Notes under the pieces: generated by a model | Databases searched by the model: none | What the model was told of the DNA's origin: nothing | The model's input: only the letters and a program-made list of their open reading frames with translations | DNA from: Octopus vulgaris | Lineage: Eukaryota | Assembly: GCA_951406725.2 (NCBI GenBank) | Contig: OX597825.1 | Coordinates: forward strand, 86,366,001 to 86,430,000 | DNA length: 64,000 nt | Direction: 5' to 3' | Made by a program: the position numbers and the translations under genes | Part shown: positions 48,826 through 62,254 of the stretch, piece after piece | Position numbering within the stretch: position 1 is the first letter of the stretch | Layout: each line of letters starts with the position of its first letter

Positions 48826-49009
48826 TACTCTTTAACGTTCACATTATTCAGTCAACTCTAATGCATATTTATTAATTTCATTTTCAATTAATCATGTATT
48901 AATATTAACTTGTAGTTTTGAGATACTGATGATGTGGATTTTTATTTTTAGAACGACATTGTAGGGTTGGTGTGAGATGCTGGATCTGGCCAGTTTAAAT
49001 GCTAAAGGG
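48826..49009. mobile_element. Degraded piggyBac-like MITE
   Basis: GGGTTGGTGTGAGATGCTGGATCTGGCCAGTTTAAATGCTAAAGGG end shared with the 35114 and 45395 copies. Confidence 0.75.
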
Positions 49010-50450
49010 TAAAACTAAGTTGACTGAGGAGGTTTAGAGTAAACATGTGTTATTGACAGCTATGAGGGATATTATTCCCAGAGGTGTTTCTATACAAATT
49101 CCTTTTGCTGTCTTTAAATTCTTTTCTTTTTTTTTTAGATAGGTTCATTGAAATTCCACTGGTCTGGTCCTTAGTGAGAACTTTTGATATTTAAAATTAT
49201 TTAAATTCATTGTGAGTTGAGACATTGAGGTTCCAGTGACATTTGACCTAATAGTGATATTTAGTTGGCCAGGTAACGAGGGTAGCAGTTGCAGTGCTTG
49301 AACTTAAGTGCCGCATGTTCCAGAGTGGTCCTTTTAATGAAAGATGACAAAAAATTCAGGTTATAAAGTGCAGATGTTAGCCTGTAGTGCAGGTTTTGCT
49401 TGTGTTGAGGTGTGTTATTCATTGCCAGTCATGTCCTGCTGTATGCATGACTGTCAAGTATTAAACTAGGTTCATTGACAACCAGTCATGATGTAGTTTA
49501 TCTAGTATGAAATTTAGCCGTTGTTTGAGGGTCATGTAATGAAGTGGTGGTGGTGGAGGGAGAGTACTGAAACATTGTGTTTGTTATTATAAACATGTTC
49601 GGTTGTATGAAAAGGGTAGGAGAGTAGACAGTCGCCATGACTCCTATATCAAGAACTGAGGTAATCCCTTTGTGTATTATCAACATTTTGTTTATTTATA
49701 AATTTTCATGGGATAGTGTAATTAGTGCTTCATTAAATATTTAACTTATTTTCTCTTAACAATTCTTAAAAAAAAACAATCTCAAGTTTTAACCAGTCTG
49801 TCATTTACAGATATTTCTGTCAGGTTTCCAAAATAGATCATTTTTGCTTTATTTATTGTTTATTGTTTAATATTTATTTTGACATGTTGGTTTTCGGGAA
49901 CAACATGTAAACATACACAAACATGGAACTTTTTCCCCCAGACTGAATAATTTGAGAATGATTTGATTACTGTTATTTTCAGTGCCAAAATGTAATTAGG
50001 TAGGAATATGTTTAATGAAGTAATTAGTTTATTCTCGTGACCAGTGTAATGATAATAAGCTACTTTTAGCCTTTGTCTTTCATTCCTTGTCATGTCTTCT
50101 TTCTTTTTAATTTGCACTCTAATTTCTATTTTCTTACACGTATCTTCACCGTTTAAGTTAATAGCATTTCCTGGTGTGTTGCACTCGTCTTATTATTTAT
50201 TGAGGCCAAAGTAGTTCAGTTAGAACACTCTTGTTGTTTATTGAGAACTACCTTTCCACACTGGTCTATTGGCAGACTTCCAGAGATATGGAATTGGTAA
50301 TATTTCAAAAGTAGACATATGAAACTTAGTAGTCATGTACAGATGGGTCAACATATGAAGACAATCAATCTATAAAGATGGACCTGCTTCTAGAACAGTC
50401 AAGATGGATTGGAGTATTAACCCCATCATGGAGTTGTTCAGTCATAGCCG

Positions 50451-50523
50451 AAGGAAATGTATGTATAGAGGAAATGTGTGTTTATAAGAAATGTATGTAT
50501 ATAAGTAAATGTGTATTTATAAG
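50451..50523. repeat. Minisatellite of about 17-19 nt, four copies
   Basis: GAAATGTATGTATAGAG / GAAATGTGTGTTTATAA / GAAATGTATGTATATAAG / TAAATGTGTATTTATAAG. Confidence 0.75.
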
Positions 50524-51001
50524 TATATAAACAAACTTATATAGATTTACAGGCTTTGCTAAATAATTTTTACCAATGCCAACCACCACTAGACTCTTCA
50601 AAGATCTGATTTATTTTTTTTATTTATCATTTAGGAATATAATACCTTTAGACATCCACAATACAAACCTATTAAATAAAGTAGGAATTGATTAACAGGT
50701 TTTTTTTTTTTCAATTTTATTGATTTCAGGAACATAGAGATTGAGTTTTTTTTATCCACCTACCCATTTAAGCAACTTACCCAATTTCTCTCAGAATGAA
50801 AACATATGAATTGATTGCTTGAATATGTTTCTGTTGATAAACTTAGTCTATTGATTAACAATAGATCTGATTTCTTCTTTTTTGTTCTTAGACTCTTAAC
50901 TGAGAGTTTCTTGATTTTTTTTGTTTCTTTGACATTGTTTGGTGGAAAATTACAATCTAACATTAAGGATCATGTTATTGTTGTTGTTATTGTCATCGTT
51001 A

Positions 51002-51212
51002 TGGCAGTGAGCTTGCAGAATTATTAGCATCTCAGACAAAATGCTTTCTTCTGGCACTTCATGTCCTGATTCAAGTTCTGCTGAGGTTGACTTGGCTTTT
51101 CGTCCTTTTGAGGTTGATAAAATAAGAATCAGACTGGAGTCAATATAATTGGCTGTACCCCCTCCTTCTAAAATTGGTGGCCTTGTACCAAAAATTACAA
51201 AGAATTATTATT
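51002..51212 (+). mobile_element. SINE family B
   Basis: GGCAGTGAGCTTGCAGAATTATTAGC..GAGGTTGACTTGGCTTTTCGTCC..GATAAAATAAG..GGCCTTGTACC. Confidence 0.8.
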
Positions 51213-51697
51213 GCCTTTCATTCATTTATTTTTAATGAAGCCAGACTTTAACTGTAGGCGTGTATTTTCTTCTTAATGTTGTGTTGGAAAGTAATATGAG
51301 AAAAGAAGTTTAATTCTAGCTCTGAGAAAGGAGAAAAAGAAGATAAAAAGGGTTTTCTCAGTTGTAACTCTTCTGTAGATGAATGGTATTAACTAACCAC
51401 TGTATCTACACACACACACACACACACTTGTACACACACGGTATTTGTACTATTGACGTGTTGGGCTTGAATACAAGCCCATATTTACCGTTAGATGTAA
51501 TAACCACTTTTACATACATCTAACTATACTAATGTCACATTTTTGTTCTCTCTCTCTCTCGCACACACACAACACTTATTCTCTTGTAAACCTGCTTAAA
51601 GACATGTTTAAACTTGTATTCTCCATTCAGTCATGGATTAATCTTAATTCAGTTGAACTGTTTCTTCAGACTGACTCTGTCTGTCTGTCCTCCATTG

Positions 51698-51892
51698 TTT
51701 GTTGTTGTTGAGCCTTAGTTCAGCCCTGCCCAAACAGACCTATGATTAGAGACATTCTTTCCATGATCATCCTGTCTTATTTTCACAGATAGTTTATTTA
51801 GTACAACATTATCCAATGTATCCTTCCTTTAGAAAGATGACATGGTGTAATTTGGGTGGCGTTTGGCTGCTCTTTCTAGATCAAGCAATCAC
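51698..51892. repeat. Repeat family D copy
   Basis: (GTT)n GAGCC..CAGCCCTG..CAGACCTATGAT..ACATTATCCAATG..TTTGGCTGCTCTTTCTAG. Confidence 0.7.
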
Positions 51893-52287
51893 GTTTTGTA
51901 TGTTCATTTTGAGTTGATCATTCTGTTAGGGGATTTTTGTTTATTTCTTCAGCATCAAAGTTGGTAATTAGCTACTTTCTAGGTGGTGTGTGGAGCTCAT
52001 GGTCTGAAGGACTTTATGCTTTGGCAGAATCATTCATGCATCACACTAAATACTTAGAAACCTCTCAACTGGCCCTTTACGTTCAAACATCACCAGAGTC
52101 AACTGTCATCCATTTTGGAATTGAGAAAATAAAGTATCAATCAAGTACGGGGGTGGGAGAGTGGGAGGCGGGTGATGCAATTCACTATCCACCTCCCCCC
52201 AATATTCAGGCCTTGTGCCTTTAGTAGAAATGATGATGATCATCATCATCATCATCATCATCATTATTATTATTATTATTATTTCAC

Positions 52288-52447
52288 GGAGTGGTTGGCG
52301 TTAGGAAGGGCATCCAGCTGTAGAATCACTGCCAGATCAGACTGGGCCTGGTGCAGCCTTCTGGCTTCCCAGACCCCAGTCGAACCGTCCAACCCATGCT
52401 AGCATGGAAAGCGGACGTTAAACGATGATGATGATGAGGATGATGAT
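52288..52447 (+). mobile_element. Young 5'-truncated family C copy within a (GAT)(CAT)(TAT) microsatellite/SINE B cluster
   Basis: GGAGTGGTTGGCGTTAGGAAGGGCATCCAGCTG..CGAACCGTCCAACCCATGCTAGCATGGAAAGCGGACGTTAAACG(ATG)n with CpGs intact. Confidence 0.9.
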
Positions 52448-52660
52448 TGTCTTTATGTTCTGAGTTCAAATTCCACTGAGATTGACTTTGCCTTTCATCC
52501 TTTTTGGGGTTGGTAAAATAAGCACCAGTTGAGCACGGGGAGGGGCAGGGGGTCAGTGTAATCAACATACCTCCTCTCCGAAATTACTGGCCTTGTGCTA
52601 AAATTTGAAATTATTATTATTATTGTTATTATTATTATTATTTATTATTATTATTATTGT
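52448..52660 (+). mobile_element. Family B SINE 3' part with long (TTA)n tail
   Basis: TTCTGAGTTCAAATTCC..GACTTTGCCTTTCATCC..GGCCTTGTGC..TTTGAAA(TTA)n. Confidence 0.85.
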
Positions 52661-55600
52661 CATAATGTAAGCTTTGGGCTAGTTCAGTTTGATTTTTATG
52701 TTACATTATTTATAATAGTTATCATTTTAAATCATTTGTCACCTGTAATATCAGACAGAGCCAGTGTATAGACTTTCGTTCACTGAAATCAGATCCGGTG
52801 GCTGGTTTTTATTTTGGACTCTCTCATTTCTATATGATGCTCTTTATGTCAGTGACCTTTCAGAGCAATGTTGGATTAAAAGCTACAGTAAATCTCTGAA
52901 TAATTGATAGTCACTAATTTAAAATGTCATGGCTACTTCAGTTGTTATTCATTGTAAATACAGGACGGAATTGTTTCAATATCATCAACATCTGTTTTTT
53001 TTTGTGGTTTTGACAACCTTGGAAAAAAAGGGGGTGACCCATGAAAGTGTGTCTTTTGGGTATTGGTGTTTTATTACATTATCACTATTGACATTGTTGT
53101 TTGGTTTGTTTATTGAAATAAATTGGAAAATGAATTAGGATTTAGTGATAGTTTAATGTTTTTGAAAGTATAATACTTGAATATGAATGTCGGAAGTGTT
53201 AAGATTTTTCAATGTAAAGTGATACTCGACATAATAATAGTGATTTGAGAATGGTAAAAAAGAACTATACTTACAACTTGTGATCCATGTATCTTGTCAC
53301 AATTGTGTGGTAAAAATAGCTACATGATTGGTTTGTGGCCCCTCGGTCAACCTGATTCTGTGTTGCCTGAAATTGTTAATTTAATGTCTTTTATCAGTAT
53401 TTAAATAAATTGTAGAGATTAACTTTGCCTTTAATCCTTTTGGGGGTTGATGAAGTAAGTATCAGCTGAACACCTTCTACCAAAATTCAAGTCTTGTGCC
53501 CATCACAGAAAGGATTATTTAAATGATTGGTATTTGATTTAAATAATTACTTAAAATTTATTGAATGTTAAATTCCAGCCAGGCTGCTGCTGTTGCTTAA
53601 TGATGAATATCTTGCAATTTTCTCTTTTGAGACTTCCATATTGGAATAGTAGTTACTTTATTTGTTCGTTTTGGTAAAATGCTCTCAAAAAGATCTGTTT
53701 GATCAAGATTTCATTTCATTATAACAAAAGTTGGATAATAATGGATTTATTTTGCAATATTGTATTTGTATCTCTATAGCTCAGCTGAAATTTACTTTGC
53801 CAACCAGTCCCACCTGTTTCTTAAGCGAATAACCAAGTTGAGCTTCACTTCAGCAATTAATATTTTTTTTATCTTAAATTATGATCTTTGTTTTAGTTCA
53901 GTGATTTATCAGTGATATAGTTTATCACATCTTGAGGTAGAACAAACACTTTCCATGGTAACTGAGATGAACTGAACAGATAATCATTTAAGTTTAGTGT
54001 CTGGTTTTTTTTTTTTTTTTTGTTCACCCTCCCCATAAATCTACAATTTAGAAGTTTTAATAATTTTAGTGAAAGCAATTTATCAGCCGGAAGAGGATTA
54101 TTAACTGAGTTTAATCTTATCAAGTTTGTTGTCAGCTGGTCTGTTAGCATTCAAAGCATTGAATACTAAGATAATAATTGCTTGTACAAAGAGTGCATTC
54201 ATAAAATGTTGGCAGTAGAACAATGAAATCCTCAATACAGACATACAACAAGATTTTTCAGATTTCTTTTGAAGAAGATAAAGTGTAAAAGGTCATCGTG
54301 CCCTTTAGGTTGAACTTTGGCCAACTTGCACTCTCTTCAGTTTGAAGTTGACCAAAATCTGAATTTGTGATGTGGTGGTGGTCAGATGTTTTGTGTAAAG
54401 AGATGTAAAGTTGAATAAGATTTTATGATGGTGTGTGTGTGTGTGTGTGTGATGGCATTTATGTTAGGTTAAAACTGTATGAATCTACCTCCATCAGTCT
54501 GAATGATATTGCCCCTGCTATGGGGAATGGGATTAATGAGATTTTAAATTTTAGAAAAGTTCAACTTTTATTATTGTTGTTGTTGTTGTTATTATTATAG
54601 TTCTGTGATTTTCCAATGTTGCTATAGTTTAAACTTGGAAATTATATGCAAATTCTCTATTTCAATATGAATAAAATTTTGATCTTAGAGTAAATTTATT
54701 GCAATTTAGTTGTGCTAGTGAAGTGGTTATTTGATCAGACTGTGTCTATTGAGTGGTTCACTGCCTTTATAAATGTCAGATGAATGCCTTTATTAGTGTT
54801 GCTTGTATAAGGCTTTGAAATATCTTGAATATTCATTTCATTTGCTTCGTTATAATGTCATGTTATCTCTAAAGGTAATAATTTAGCAAGTTTTATAATC
54901 TTGTATGACTCTTTAAAATATCTTAATTATTCGTTTCAATTGTTCCACTAGAAGAAATTGAAAACTTTTGACCTTGAGATCCCCACTGAAAATACAGACT
55001 GGGTTCCAATTTGGCAATATCTTTAGTCACTGTCAGGAGATGAACTTGCAATGTCTTTGAGTAGCTCTTGCAGTTCCTTGTCTCTATGTGAGGCAAAGCA
55101 TCTCTGATCTTTATTTCATTTGTCATGCTGTCTTTAAAAGTGATAATTAAATTCTATAATCTTGAAAATATCTTAAGATGGATTCTGAGCAATATTGGTA
55201 ATGAATTTAATCAGAATTCCTCCAATGCTTAATACATTCCAAAATTCTGTTGTTTATTGTCCAATTAGGAGATTGTGTGCTGACAGAACTGCAACAACAG
55301 TGAATGTTTTGAATGAAAATCTATTAATTTTGTTGGAATCCTCTATTCCTCATCCTTCATTGTTTTTTATCACTTTAAACTCACCTGCCTTTACAAGCCG
55401 TGTGTCAGTGAAACAAAAACATTACTGTTATGGACAGAAGAAAGCTTTCATCAATGATAACAATTAATGTATTTTCAAGCTACTGTCATCATTGCAGGTT
55501 ATCAATTGACCCCTTCTCTTCCTCTACTATTTCCTCTACAGCACTGACTAAGTTTCCTTCCTACCAGCATTTATCTCTGGCTTTTACAGTTGCCTTATTA

Positions 55601-55997
55601 CACACAGGTGCTCCATTCATAAGTTACTAGGGGTAATAGTAAAATTGCACTCAATAAGCATTTCAATGTCTATTTCAATATCTCCAGACTTTCCTTTGTG
55701 TATGTATTGCTATTGGTTACATTATTTATACTGCATAGAATCCCCACTGACTCTCTTCCTCCCCCAAGTGGAACAAAGCTACCTTCCTATTCCCAAGAGT
55801 TTCTCATTGATCAATAGTTTCAGAATTGTGAAAGGTGTTTGATATTAATCAGTAATTTGATTAACGATGCTTGTAGTGCTCAGTGAATAATATTTCTGTA
55901 CTTCTCTGCTGGATTACTTACTATGGAAAGGTAGTAGTAATAGCAGTAGGGGGTGAGGCAGACATATATGCGTTTGCCTGTCTGTACACACATTATA

Positions 55998-56052
<55 letters not shown>

Positions 56053-56123
56053 GTATGTATTCAATGTTAAAGCATTGATTTTTTTTATTGTGCTGTTTCT
56101 TGTTTTTGTTTTTCTCCTTTCAG

Positions 56124-56141
56124 TGTAAAGTATCAAGGTGT
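56124..56141 (+). CDS. Candidate 18-nt microexon (alternative donor gives 34 nt, ending at 56157)
   Basis: Long pyrimidine-rich acceptor TGTGCTGTTTCTTGTTTTTGTTTTTCTCCTTTCAG followed by donors GTAAGT (56142) and GAG|GTATGT (56158). Confidence 0.4.
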
Positions 56142-58419
56142 GTAAGTTGTCTACGAGGTATGTTTGTCATGTACTTTAATAAATCTGTTAATTACTTCAC
56201 TGATTGGCTTTATGTAGAAAAATATTTTCTTTTGCACTCTTCCTTTGAATTATGAAATTATTTATTGACATAATGGAACTTAATGGAACTGTTTGTATTG
56301 ATTAGAAAACAATTGATTAATTATTAGTGTTTATGTTGGGTATTTTGTTCAGGGTGTGTATGTTCCTGTTGGTGACAACCTAAAAATTCACGTACAAGTC
56401 ACCGTTGCCTTGCATTTATTGGTGGTAGAATATGCTCCAAGTATTAGTTGTTCATGTTTTGGTATTGGCTTCATGGGTGTTTCCAAATTTTCTATATTCA
56501 TTCTGAAATTATCTACAACTTCACTGAATAATAACACACTGCAACTTCTCAACTAGTCACACTGCCTCCGCAACTTAGTGTCTTCTGTAAATACTACAAC
56601 AACCTCTGTACTTTGGAATTAGTTGCTCACCCACTGTACCAAGCTCTTCTCGGTGCAGTTGTCTCATTCCTTCTCGTAACCTATACTATGTCCCCTCCCT
56701 TCCTCACTCCACTTTTATGGATCACTATGTCTGAGTGAGAATTGAGAATTATAGAGGGTAGATGATTTGGGGAGGAAGGATTTGACACAGCAGTTAATGA
56801 ATATCTGTGTGTGTGTGTGTGTGTGTGTGTTTTGGAGCTCTGGCTCTTGAGAAAATAAATATTTTCTTCAAATTTTTTTTCTTTATATATTGAGTAAAAA
56901 CAAGTGTAAAAACTAGATCAATCCATAGACATTATGGCAGTCTTCACAAGTTTTGGTAAAGTCATCAGCACCAGGGAATCTGTATCTATTAGTCTAGTGA
57001 CTTGTGATTTATTTATCCCCTATTGTTGGTGATGGTGGTTGATAATGAGCATTCAGTTGGTTGATAAACTGAGTTACTTACCCATAAATTAACATGCATC
57101 TGGCTGAGTATTCCACTGACGAGTGTTTCCTTAACTCAGTCCAAATCAGAATGACACTGTGTGTGATATGACTACCTTTTAAATTGCAGCAACAGTCCAC
57201 CTGATGGGCTTCAATACAGTTCATATCTGTCCCAATCACACTCCCCAAGGCTTGAGTCAAGCTGAGACTGGTAAAAGACTCTTGCTCAAACTGTCACTGT
57301 GACAATAGGCCCAGGACCTTATGGTTCTGTAGTGAACCTCTTGACCACTTGGCCATGTCTACATCTAATGTCCTTTAATATCCAGTGATAGTTATTGAAG
57401 GATAAATTGTCATTTTACTGACCCTTTTCCAAAGTACAAGCTGACTTCTATATATACAGATAAATATATGTATTTCTATAAATATATATGTTCAAATGAA
57501 AGTAATGATTTCCATGTGTGTGTGGTGCATGGTGAGCGGCTTTGTTTCTCAACTTATCCCTTGGTGGATCTGTTTTTCCTTTTTTCTCATCTCAAATCAG
57601 TGCTTAATACCATCTTAGCACTTCGCTCATCCATAATATAAACAAAGTGGGAAATGTACTCTCAACCTAAATCAACAATCTACTGGCACCACAATATCGA
57701 CTGGGGTAAAACGGGTTTTAATAAAAGGTTTCTTTAAAGGTTTTCTTTTTGTTCTTTACGTTTCTTGTTGCCAATATTTTGATTTTTTGGCATTGATTAA
57801 TATTGTCAGTTTTATGCCAATTTAAATGTTTTCTTTGTACAACATTTCTTTATCTCTTTATGATATTTTTCTAATTAGTGTTAAACATTTACTTTGTTCT
57901 TGTTATTTACACTCAGACATTAGCGCTTTTCTTTCTTTTTTATTTTTATATTTAAAATAAAAAATGGTTTGAAGACCTATTTCATTTGTAAGTCTATCTT
58001 TTGATATTCTAAGTGTTGTTTGTTTATGCAATAATCCCTATAACAAGTGACTTATTTGGAATTGCTTCTCCTCTGTCCTGTTAACACAATCTTAAATTAA
58101 CAAATACAGCTGGGTTGCTTTTTGTTATTAAATTTATACTTTGTTTTTTTTTGTTGTTATAGTTTTGAATCTATATTGGGTTTATTGGTTTGTATTTTTT
58201 CTTAAATATCATGTTTAGTTCCTGGTCAGTTCTGATTGAAGAATACCTGTGATGAAAAAAATGTTCCCACCTTAACAACCCCTCCTTTTTTTGTAACAAA
58301 ATATAAATGTATAATTCTAAAAATGTTAGCGTGATGGAGATTCGGTTGCTATTTTTAGTAAGCTGAATAACTGCATAGAGGTTTTCGTATTGTAAATATT
58401 GTGCTTTTTTTCCCACCGG

Positions 58420-58620
58420 ATCTGGTTTGGTTCTGCAAACATCTGATCAAAGGCATTCCAGCAATGACTATCCACCCTTTTTTTTTTTAACTTTTTTCAG
58501 ATGTAGTGTACCCTGCACAACATTATTCAGTTTGTTCTAGCTTTAAGACAGTAGGATAAGATTTGAAAAAGAGTTAGTTGCTATTTCTAGCAGGTTGAGC
58601 AACCCTAGAGAGGCTGCTTC
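58420..58620. repeat. Repeat family D copy
   Basis: TGATCAAAGGCATTCCAGC..CAGATGTAGTGTA..ACATTATTC..GTTGCTATTTCTAGCAGGTTGAGCAACC. Confidence 0.7.
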
Positions 58621-59947
58621 CCTTACTTGTTGGCTTGTAAATGTCAAGTTTTGCTAATAAGGGGATCAGCTGGAAGATAAACCAGTTATCAGGACATAAA
58701 GTTACCCTCATGCTTGTTGAAGATATTTCCTAGTTAAACATTAAATAGATATTGAAACTAAAACCCTTAATGTGTAGATGTTGTAATCCTATGATGTTCT
58801 ACCTTCTTAATGAGATTAATTTTGATAGCTAATGAGTTGCTATATTGATGATGTATTGATATATATATATATAAAGATTTGAAATGACTCACTTACTAAT
58901 TACTATTAAATGTAAAATCAGTTGATTGCTTATTGAAATCAGTTCAATAAACGACTGTATTTATATGGTACACATGGCTTTAAGGTATTTTTTTTTCTTT
59001 GTTAATTAGATTCGTTTAAAATGTAAACTCATTCACATCCATTAAGTACTTCTTCCTTGACCATGATAGTTAAGTGCAACCGTAATGATGTCAGTCAATC
59101 CCTAATTTGAGCATTTTAGATGCTAATATTAACAGGTTAATAAAGGTGTTAATATTGGGGTGGGGAGAGTTTGATTTTCAAAGTAGTTCAGCTTGTTAGT
59201 CCTTCCTTGGTTGAAGTAAATCATTAAAGAGAATGACCGGCTCATCAGAGTCCACTTAATGACTAATTAAATTTCAGAATGAAAAGATAGTAGATGCTTA
59301 AATGACTGTGGTATTATTTTGTCATCACCATTGTCATTTTGTGTTTGTCTTTCTTTGGTGAGATGGCTTTGTACAGATTCATTCCAGCAGAGTGTCTCAC
59401 CATTTGTCATAGCCTTTGTCATCAGATGATCACACAGCAATAGAAAGATTGTCATTTCTTGTTGTTTATGCCATACATTTTGGCATGGATCTTACAGCTG
59501 GAAGCCCCTTTTTATTACCAGCCTCTTCACCTTATGGACTGGTGTATTTTAACATACCAGTGACTCCTAGGAGGTTCTCTATTATGACTAAAGATGCTAC
59601 TCTTCTCCGTATTAGCTTTTATTCCGTGACTGATGATCTTATAGACAAGCTGCCTTTCCTGTGTCTTTCTTTTTGCCAATCACTTTACAGTAAGCATTTC
59701 ATTATATTACTGCTCTTGGGGAGGTTAGCTGTCAGAATTTAAAGAAGAATAAATGGTTTAAGTAAAAGCTCATCTCTTTTAATTTTATATCTAAATTATA
59801 TTCTTTGTTTCAATCTTGTAGACTTTGATATGTTGGCTACTAAAATGTATAACATGTATATTTCTTAGCCAAAAATATTAAAGGGTATGTTACAAATTAA
59901 CATATCCCCTAGCTTTTACTCTTGATCTTGTGTTATGCTTTATTGCA

Positions 59948-60014
59948 TGCATGGGCAACCTGCGGCCCATGAGCCACACGTGGCCCTCGACATGTTGTGC
60001 AGCCCTCGGCGAGT
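59948..60014. mobile_element. hAT (Charlie-type) MITE terminal fragment
   Basis: GCATGGGCAACCTGCGGCCCATGAGCCACACGTGGCCC resembles Charlie-type subterminal sequence. Confidence 0.55.
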
Positions 60015-62254
60015 TTCTAGGTTACTAATTTTTACAAGTGAAAAATTTTTCAAAAATTTTCCACTTATTAACTTTATCATCTTTCACCTCTTATGCGCTT
60101 TAATTTTGCATTTAATTTCATCATCCCTCCTTCCTTCTCTCTTTCGCTGTACATGATGGTGATGATGATGATCATCATCATTTAATGTCCATTGTCCTCT
60201 TGGCATGGGTTGGACAGTATTCATAAATGTATATATAGATTACCTCAGAACTATGACAGGTGCTAAGAGCAGCTTGGTAGATAATAATAGAATTCTATCT
60301 GAAAATGGCCTTTGTTATAAAATTCAAAGCACTCAGGTTTTATCTGTTCAGATATGAAGCACATAAAAGTCAATGATTATCAAGAGGCATCAATCTGACT
60401 GGTTTAGGATTGTGTGTCAATGCCATGGCCACTATTTTCTTCAGATCTTGCATGTAAGGGCGGGGTGGGGTGGTGGTGGAATTTCACTATTTTTTTGTGT
60501 GCATGGTGCTATTTATCAGTTTGAGAAACCCTTAGTTATGCTTCTTCCCAACAGGTAGAATGCTTTGGCCAAGCTGAATAAATATTTCCAAATTGATACT
60601 CAAAATTCTTGTATGATTTCACATACCCAATATGAAAAGCTGTCAGTTTTGTCTTTGACTCAGTGATTTTCTTTGTTACATTTCAAAAATCATTTTCTAA
60701 TCTCAACAATGGTTCTTCCATTGTGTAGTTGATATATCTGTTACTTATCATTTGTGCAGTTTTTCTGTAAACTGCTTTATGCAAATATGTCATTGAATTT
60801 TCTAGACTTCTTAGAAAAACGATCTGATTGTACCTACCAGTGCTTTATATATGTTTATATGTGTATTGTGTGAAGGTTTTTAACTTTCTATTGCCATTTC
60901 TTAAGGATACAGTATTTATACCTTTTATTGAATTTACATATTTATTGTTGTTATTGTGAAAGGCTAACTGAGTGCATTGGCTTTGATTGGTCGTTGAAGT
61001 GTTAAATGTGAGAATCAAGAAAAGTGAGGATGAGGTTTTTTATTTTTAAATACTATTCTGGTGATTTTTGTGAAGTCTTTAAAGAAAGAATTAGTTTTTA
61101 CTTTGTCTGTCAAGAAAATCTGTTTTTGTTGTTGGCTTTGTTTCCTGTTTCACTTTTATGTACTTGATATCTGTATGGATAAAGTTGAGTATTTTGAATT
61201 TTGTTACAAAGGCTATCTTCAGATAGAATTAATTCTATTATTATCTATCAAGCTACTCTTAGCACCTGTCATAGATCTGAGGTGGTATATTTACATTTTG
61301 TGAATACATCATCTAGGCCATTTACTGAGAAGTGTTAGTGTTAAAAACCAGTGGGAAGTGGCACATTACATACATTAATCAATGTTTAGCCTATTGATAT
61401 GATGGCATCAACATTTGTGTTAAGTTCTTCTGGATCATTTGCTGTGAACTAGATATGTCTTTCTCCAACTCAATTTCTCAACAGAAATTATATACTCTTT
61501 GTACTCTGTTTATAAGTTGATCATTCTAACTTGTTTTCTTTCTTTTGTTTCCATGTTTTGTAAGCTGGAACTAGTCATAAAGCAGGACTCCACTCCAGTT
61601 GTTCCACTACCGTGACATTCAATATTTTCACATACTGACAAGCATTAAACGTAACTTCTTGAGGTAGTATTCCTGGCTTGATCAACTCACCTTGTGCCAA
61701 TCTTTATTTCGTGTGAAGTACTTTAATTCATTGGTCTATAAATATTAAACTACTGAGCTATGGCACGTAAACAAACATCACTTTTACCCAAACAATGTCA
61801 ATATAAATACAGAGAAAGAGGGGGAGAATGAGTGTTGAAGATATATTCTTGAGTTATTGTTTCATAACTGGATGCTCCACTGTCATTAACCCTTAAGCCT
61901 ATTTTTGAAATAAAGGATTTTTATTCCAGTTGGTTTTGAAACAATAATAACAACACAATGTGGAGTTTTTAATGTAGCTTTAAGTTTTTTGATATTTGAA
62001 ATATTAAACTGTTCTGTCTGGTGAGGAAGGTTTCTGGGATTTTCAGAGCTGTGGTCCCCTATAACCAGCATTGGAATAACTAGATTTAACTTGGCTCAAC
62101 ATTGCTGTTTAAAGTATTACATGACCCCCCCACCCCATATGGATTTAGTTTCATTGTGATATTAGGGCTCAGTTTGGGCTTATTTAGGATGACAACTGAA
62201 CTGACCTCTTTTCGTGATCCATATAGACTCCCATCCCATCAAGCTTGAATTTCA

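Noticed and set aside
58480-58530. Strong acceptor TTTTTTCAG at 58500
   Set aside because: It lies within repeat family D and has no convincing downstream donor.
61565-61680. Minus-strand peptide faintly like a Tc1/mariner catalytic segment
   Set aside because: Too short and degenerate, with no TIRs found.
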